A stretch of DNA of 64,000 nucleotides from Elusimicrobiota bacterium (GTDB lineage: Bacteria > Elusimicrobiota > Endomicrobiia > CG1-02-37-114 > JAHJSO01). Positions 58,900 to 64,000 of this stretch are shown here, piece after piece. The position numbers and the translations under genes were made by a program. The stretch is from positions 1 to 64,000 of the forward strand of contig JBDRQF010000061.1 in NCBI GenBank assembly GCA_043826435.1, written 5' to 3'. The notes beneath the pieces are model-generated. The model saw only the letters and a program-made list of their open reading frames with translations, made no database searches and was not told where the DNA came from. The number at the start of each line of letters is the position of its first letter. Position 1 is the first letter of the stretch.

Positions 58900-59355
58900 A
58901 TGGCAGATAAAAATAAAGGCACCAATACAGACCTGGTCATCGAGAAAATAAATGAGTTGTACGATTTAACTGTCGCCGAGGGTCTTGCCGAGGTTGAGTT
59001 TAAGGACGCGGAAGTTTACATAAAGATAAAAAGAAAGGACGGTAAAAAGAAACACAGGGTTGACGTTAAGCGACCGTCCGATAAACGGGAAGTACAGCAG
59101 GGGATAAACAAAAACAGGGCGACAATCAAATCACCTCTGAACGGCGTTTTTTACCGGATGCCCTCACCCGGGGAGCAGCCGTTCGTTAAAGAGGGCGACG
59201 ATGTCCATGCCGGGAGCGTTCTGTGTGTAATTGAAGCGATGAAGGTGATGAACGAGATAAAAGCGGACGCAAGGATGAAGATACATGGTATCCTCATTGA
59301 GAACGGGGGCCTCGTTACGGCGGAGCAGGATATTTTTGTGGTGGAGTATCTATGA
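58900..59355 (+). CDS. accB: Biotin carboxyl carrier protein
   Basis: [22 protein letters not shown]. Confidence 0.9.
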   Translation: MADKNKGTNTDLVIEKINELYDLTVAEGLAEVEFKDAEVYIKIKRKDGKKKHRVDVKRPSDKREVQQGINKNRATIKSPLNGVFYRMPSPGEQPFVKEGDDVHAGSVLCVIEAMKVMNEIKADARMKIHGILIENGGLVTAEQDIFVVEYL

Positions 59356-59573
59356 GTGATGCTTCTGTGTCAGGCGAATCAATAGGCACCAATGCGGGAA
59401 GGATATGGGGATACCTTTCAAGAAACGGAAAGTCGGATTTGAGGAAAATAAGATTCGGCCTGAAACTTAATAACGCCGAAATGTTTCTTGCACTCGGCTG
59501 GCTGTGCCGTGAGGGCAAGGTTGTCACTACGTTTGATAACGATAAAAACACCTATTTTGCAGAACTGAAATAA
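59352..59573 (+). CDS. Winged helix-turn-helix protein (DUF2582-like)
   Basis: IGTNAGRIWGYL...ALGWLCREGK. Confidence 0.8.
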   Translation: MSDASVSGESIGTNAGRIWGYLSRNGKSDLRKIRFGLKLNNAEMFLALGWLCREGKVVTTFDNDKNTYFAELK

Positions 59574-59574
59574 T

Positions 59575-61725
59575 ATGAACGGATATTTTAGAGTTCGGGC
59601 AAAACCGAAAAAGGAAAAGGAGCGTGCAATCAGGGTCTTCATCACGATACTCGTCGGGATGGTCCTGTTGTATTGCATTGTTCTGCCGGACAAATGCGGG
59701 ACGGTGGGCAGGTGGTTCGCCAGGCGTTTCGGGGAATTGTTCGGTAAGGCATCATTCGTTTTCCCCGTACTTATAATATTGTATGCAGTTGAACTGCTGA
59801 GGTTTAAAAAATTGCGCCTCGGCAAGTCGGTTACCATGGCGGCAATGTTTGTAGTGTTGTGCGGCGTACTCAGCGTAATAGGTTCATTTGGCGATATAAA
59901 TTACGGCGGGTTGGTCGGGATAGCGCTGAGGGATTTTTCTGTCAGGGTTTTTGGCCAGGTCTTTGCATTAGTTATACTTATATTTCTTTTTCTGTACCTT
60001 TCGTCCATTCTGTTTAATGTATCCGTCGTTGAACATTTACGGTTTTTTATGAGGCGGCTCTCGGAAGACATCAAAGAGTGGAGGTCTGTCCGTGAATTAA
60101 ACAGGAAGATTAAAACCGCTGCAACCGGGACAGTCGTCAGGAAGACGCCGCAGGGGAAGCAGGAGATGGCTGGGGTGCCCGGGACGATCGGAATGCCGGG
60201 GACGCCGGAAATTTCCGTAGCGACTGGGGTGCCGGGAAGAAAGATTGAACCCGCCCCGGTCCCGCAGCCGGATATATCAAAAACATATCAGTTGCCGTCG
60301 GTGGATTTACTCCCGACGGGCGAACAGATAGACAAGGAATACAGGCATTCCGACATGATTCAGAAAGCGGCATTACTTGAGCAGACCCTGTCAACCTTCA
60401 ACGTGCAGGCAAAGGTCACGGACGTATCCAGCGGGCCCACGATAACGAGGTTTGAACTGACCCCCGACCCCGGCATAAAGGTCAAGGACATTACGTCTCT
60501 TTCAAACGATATAGCCCTGGCGCTGAAAGCCACGAGCGTCCGTGTCGCGACAGTGCCCGGCAAGGGCACGGTAGGAGTGGAGGTCCCGAACCCGAAAGGT
60601 AAAAGGGTCGGAATCAGGGCGGTTATGGAGGAAAAGGATTTCGCTGAATCCGGCTCCAAACTTACAATAGCCCTCGGCAAGACCTCCGAAGGCAAATCCT
60701 ATGCTTTTGACCTTACACCCATGCCTCACCTTCTTATAGCAGGCGCTACCGGCTCAGGGAAGAGCGTGTGTATCCATTCAATAATCACGTCTATTTTATT
60801 CAAAGCAAGGCCGGATGAGGTGAAATTTCTTCTGATTGACCCCAAACGTCTGGAGTTGCCCGTGTATAACGGTCTGCCGCACCTGTATGACCCGACTGTC
60901 ACGAGCGAGCAGGCATCGGTAGTCACGAACCCGAAACAGTCGGCCAGGGTGCTGCAATCCATGGTGAGGGTAATGGAGAAAAGGTATGAAAAATTCGCCA
61001 GGGCGACCGTCCGCAACATAGACGGTTATAATGAATATGCAGAAAAGTCGGGCGAACCGAAGGAGTTTTATATAGTCATAATCATAGACGAACTGGCTGA
61101 TTTGATACTTACCCTGCCCCGTGAGATTGAAGACGCAGTCCAGCGGCTCGCCCAGATGGCGAGGGCGGTCGGTATCCACCTTGTGCTTGCAACCCAGAGG
61201 CCTTCAGTTGATGTCATTACCGGAGTAATCAAGGCGAACCTTTCCGCCAGGATTGCCTTCCAGGTCCTTTCAAAAACGGACTCCAGGGTAATACTTGACA
61301 CCATGGGGGCTGAGGACCTGTTAGGGTGCGGGGACATGCTCTTTTTACCCACGGGGGCAGCGAGGCCTTTCCGTCTGCAGGGGTCTTATGTTTCGGAGAA
61401 AGAGGTTACGGAAATCGTAAATTTCATAAAAAAGCAGAACGTGAAAACACATTATGAAGATATGGAATCCCAGTCCGTAGAGGAAGAAAAGAACAAGATG
61501 GACGAGACGACGAACGAACTCATCAAACAGGCGCTGAAACTGATACTGGAACGCAAACGCGTTTCGCAGGATTTGCTCAAAGCGCGTTTCGGCACTTCCG
61601 CGAAGGCGAGCGACGTGTTGAGCCGTCTGGAAGTGCAGGAGTTTATATTCAAGCCGGAAGGCACCAACAAGTGGCATATTAATTATGACAGGATTGAAGA
61701 ATACCTGAAAGGGGACGCGAAATGA
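59575..61725 (+). CDS. ftsK: DNA translocase FtsK
   Basis: N-terminal TM helices, PHLLIAGATGSGKS, IDELADL, ATQRPSVDVITG, divergent gamma domain. Confidence 0.96.
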   Translation: MNGYFRVRAKPKKEKERAIRVFITILVGMVLLYCIVLPDKCGTVGRWFARRFGELFGKASFVFPVLIILYAVELLRFKKLRLGKSVTMAAMFVVLCGVLSVIGSFGDINYGGLVGIALRDFSVRVFGQVFALVILIFLFLYLSSILFNVSVVEHLRFFMRRLSEDIKEWRSVRELNRKIKTAATGTVVRKTPQGKQEMAGVPGTIGMPGTPEISVATGVPGRKIEPAPVPQPDISKTYQLPSVDLLPTGEQIDKEYRHSDMIQKAALLEQTLSTFNVQAKVTDVSSGPTITRFELTPDPGIKVKDITSLSNDIALALKATSVRVATVPGKGTVGVEVPNPKGKRVGIRAVMEEKDFAESGSKLTIALGKTSEGKSYAFDLTPMPHLLIAGATGSGKSVCIHSIITSILFKARPDEVKFLLIDPKRLELPVYNGLPHLYDPTVTSEQASVVTNPKQSARVLQSMVRVMEKRYEKFARATVRNIDGYNEYAEKSGEPKEFYIVIIIDELADLILTLPREIEDAVQRLAQMARAVGIHLVLATQRPSVDVITGVIKANLSARIAFQVLSKTDSRVILDTMGAEDLLGCGDMLFLPTGAARPFRLQGSYVSEKEVTEIVNFIKKQNVKTHYEDMESQSVEEEKNKMDETTNELIKQALKLILERKRVSQDLLKARFGTSAKASDVLSRLEVQEFIFKPEGTNKWHINYDRIEEYLKGDAK

Positions 61726-62417
61726 AAACTGTATTCGTCCTTTTAACCCTAATTACAGTCGCCGCCGGGAATGTATTGCCTGGTGGCAGCCCGCAGGAAA
61801 GGCGGCAGGATATTAAATTTATTCTGTCAAATATGGCGGAAAAGGAAAAGGGTATTGAGTCCATACAACTTGAGTTTATCCAGATTATGAAGTTTGCCGC
61901 TACCGCGGATACGCAGACAATGTCCGGCGGGGTGATTTTTAAGAGGCCCAACAGGATATATTACCGCATATACAGCCCTGCAGAGCAGGTCGTGGTGAGC
62001 GACGGGAAAAAACTCTGGCTCTACAACCTTTCCACCAACCAGGTGTTTGTTGATTTGTGGAAGAACTGGAAGGGTATAAATTATTTCATCCCCGGGATAT
62101 TCAACCCGAAGGGGACGGTTTCGGATTTGAAAAAATATTTTAATTTTGAATTACTGTCGGAAGAGGCGGGGGACTACGTCCTTAAACTGGTGCCGAAAGA
62201 GAAGGTTGCCGCTGAGTTGCACATAATGCCCGGTGAGTTTGAATTCCGGATGTGGGTGTCAACCGCAACCTTCCACCCGCGGAAGAGCATGTTTTTGAGC
62301 GAAAACATAACCGTTGAGACCGATATAATTAAATATGAAGTAAACGTCAGCACGCCCGACGCCCTTTTTGATTTCAAGCCGCCCGCAGACGCCGAGGTAC
62401 TGAGGTTGTTCAAATAA
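61722..62417 (+). CDS. lolA: Outer-membrane lipoprotein carrier LolA-like
   Basis: Signal peptide, FKRPNR, QVVVSDGKKLWLYN, FDFKPP; follows ftsK. Confidence 0.8.
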   Translation: MKTVFVLLTLITVAAGNVLPGGSPQERRQDIKFILSNMAEKEKGIESIQLEFIQIMKFAATADTQTMSGGVIFKRPNRIYYRIYSPAEQVVVSDGKKLWLYNLSTNQVFVDLWKNWKGINYFIPGIFNPKGTVSDLKKYFNFELLSEEAGDYVLKLVPKEKVAAELHIMPGEFEFRMWVSTATFHPRKSMFLSENITVETDIIKYEVNVSTPDALFDFKPPADAEVLRLFK

Positions 62418-62427
62418 AGGAACCGCA

Positions 62428-63054
62428 ATGAAACCCACATGGTTAAAAAATCTTCCCATCCAGCTCACTCTCCTGAGGATATTCCTTGTCCCTTTCTTTA
62501 TGGTATTTATGTTCGTTGATAACCTCTGGACCAGGATTTTCGCCCTGTTAATTTTTGTCCTCGGAGGGCTTACCGACCTTTATGACGGGATGATCGCCAG
62601 GCACCTGAACGTCGTGACGAAGGCGGGCATTTTCCTTGACCCGCTTGCAGACAAACTTATTATTTCCGCCGCGTTAATATCTTTCGTCGGGCTGAGAGAA
62701 TTGCACGTCCCCGCGTGGATGGTGGTTTGCGTAATTTCCAGGGAATTCCTGATAACAGGGCTGAGGATACTTGCCGTTTCGGGCGGAAGGATTATCGCTG
62801 CGGACAGGACGGGAAAGTTCAAGACGACCTCACAGATTATCGCCATAATAATAATACTTCTTGTATTGATAGTGAACTCCCTTTTTAAGAAGTATCCCGG
62901 TATCGTTCCGCCACCCGCCATAATGAGTTTCATCAGGTCGCTTCCCTACTGGATAATGTTCGTTATAACCCTGTTGACCCTGTATTCGGGGGTGGTGTAT
63001 CTCTGGAAACACAGGGACGTGTTGATTTCAGAACTGAAGAATAACGGCAAATAA
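62428..63054 (+). CDS. pgsA: CDP-diacylglycerol--glycerol-3-phosphate 3-phosphatidyltransferase
   Basis: TDLYDGMIAR...GIFLDPLADK, SREFLITGLR, GKFKT. Confidence 0.95.
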   Translation: MKPTWLKNLPIQLTLLRIFLVPFFMVFMFVDNLWTRIFALLIFVLGGLTDLYDGMIARHLNVVTKAGIFLDPLADKLIISAALISFVGLRELHVPAWMVVCVISREFLITGLRILAVSGGRIIAADRTGKFKTTSQIIAIIIILLVLIVNSLFKKYPGIVPPPAIMSFIRSLPYWIMFVITLLTLYSGVVYLWKHRDVLISELKNNGK

Positions 63055-63057
63055 CCG

Positions 63058-63537
63058 GTGCCCGCCTTGAAAAAGACATTTATTAAATTGCTGGCGACTT
63101 CTTTTGGAATTGGTTATATACCTTTTGCAGGCGGCACGTTTGCAAGCGTTTTCGCATGCCTGATATACTGGTTTCTCGCTCCGCACAATCCATATCTGTA
63201 TTTACTGATTCTTTTAGCCGGTGCCGTTTTTTCATTACCGGTTTTGTCGGAAGCGGAAAAAATATTCGGCAGGAAAGACGACAGGAGAATAGTCCTGGAT
63301 GAGGTCATCGGTTTCTGGTTTGCCGTGGCATTTATACCGAGGGGTCCCGGGGGTCCAGCGGGGCTTAAGTATTTAATGATGGGCTTTGTCCTGTTCAGGA
63401 TATTTGATATTTTCAAGCCATTTCCTATTCGGGCGGTCCAAAAATATACAGGTGGTATCGGCGTTCTGGCGGACGACGTTCTGGCAGGAATTTTATCAGG
63501 CATTATCTTGATTGTTCTGAGAAGTTTTTTGACGTAG
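63058..63537 (+). CDS. pgpA: Phosphatidylglycerophosphatase A
   Basis: GTFAS, IVLDEVIG, FRIFDIFKPFP, DDVLAG. Confidence 0.93.
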   Translation: MPALKKTFIKLLATSFGIGYIPFAGGTFASVFACLIYWFLAPHNPYLYLLILLAGAVFSLPVLSEAEKIFGRKDDRRIVLDEVIGFWFAVAFIPRGPGGPAGLKYLMMGFVLFRIFDIFKPFPIRAVQKYTGGIGVLADDVLAGILSGIILIVLRSFLT

Positions 63538-63616
63538 TCCTGCCTTAATATCAAACCTGGACCTGTTGTGCCTGGATGACTGCAAAAGTCCCTTAAAAAA
63601 ATGCCCTTTTGACCTA

Positions 63617-63645
63617 TTGACTTAAAGGAACATAATGGTTAAAAT
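63617..63645 (+). promoter_or_regulatory. Putative sigma70 promoter for the ssb-like gene
   Basis: TTGACT - 17 bp - TAAAAT. Confidence 0.5.
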
Positions 63646-63709
63646 AAAACCATCGCTAACCGCAAAAACAATTTTGTATCGCCATGGTTGGTGAGGGGGG
63701 TGATGACAG

Positions 63710-64000
63710 TTGAACTTGCTAATCGTTTCGGGTAACATCGTGAAAGACGCAAAACTGTTCAGTACGTCTTCGGGTAAGTCCTGCTGTATGTCAAGGATAG
63801 CCGTCCGGGAAGACATGAAGCCGCAGGAAAAGGAGGCGACCTTTATTGACATCGCAATATGGGGCAGCCGGGCCCAGAAACTTTCGGATATGCTGAAAGT
63901 GGGGAAATCAATCTCGGTGACAGGACGGCTTGAAATAAACAAGAACAAGAAGAACGACAGAACTTATGTGAACCCGCGCGTTGTCGTGAACACGCTTGAG
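63710..64000 (+). CDS. ssb: Single-stranded DNA-binding protein; 3' end runs off the window
   Basis: Read manually from TTG 63710: MNLLIVSGNIVKD...TFIDIAIWGSRA...LKVGKSISVTGRL (OB fold). Confidence 0.85.
   Translation, partial: MNLLIVSGNIVKDAKLFSTSSGKSCCMSRIAVREDMKPQEKEATFIDIAIWGSRAQKLSDMLKVGKSISVTGRLEINKNKKNDRTYVNPRVVVNTLE

Overview
This is a mostly core-genome window of a bacterium that is probably a diderm anaerobe: it has LolA, a MurE DNPR motif (meso-DAP peptidoglycan) and a complete Rnf complex. An Elusimicrobiota-like lineage is my guess, not something the sequence proves. Genes run in this order: a partial membrane sensor and a prepilin peptidase; tRNA-Ile2 and tRNA-Val; a zinc-ribbon gene overlapping RNase P RNA; the dcw cluster mraZ..murG, which ends without murC/ftsQAZ; argH-surE-uvrB-nadC; a methyltransferase; a decayed two-gene cassette; LUD protein, histone-fold gene, NusG-II/EetA-like gene and a Gx(EetB)-EcfT fusion; apbE; aroB-rnfCDGEAB; rpsB-tsf-pyrH-frr-uppS-cdsA-dxr-rseP-[treS/maltokinase]-ispG-[AT-rich island]-proS; rimP-nusA-infB-rbfA-nrnA-truB-ribF-[EF-G paralog]-rpsO-pnp; accB, ftsK, lolA, pgsA, pgpA and a partial ssb. 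Three leads stand out. (1) A single-chain fusion of a Gx/EetB-type ECF S-component and a truncated EcfT lies beside an EetA-like gene, apbE and rnf, suggesting a flavin export and flavinylation module. (2) There is a Bd0055-like bacterial histone in an operon with helically phased 11-bp repeats. (3) The RNase P RNA is atypical and reduced, with B-type-like features. No CRISPR array, rRNA, integrase or transposase was seen. All calls come from motif recognition by eye; no searches were run.
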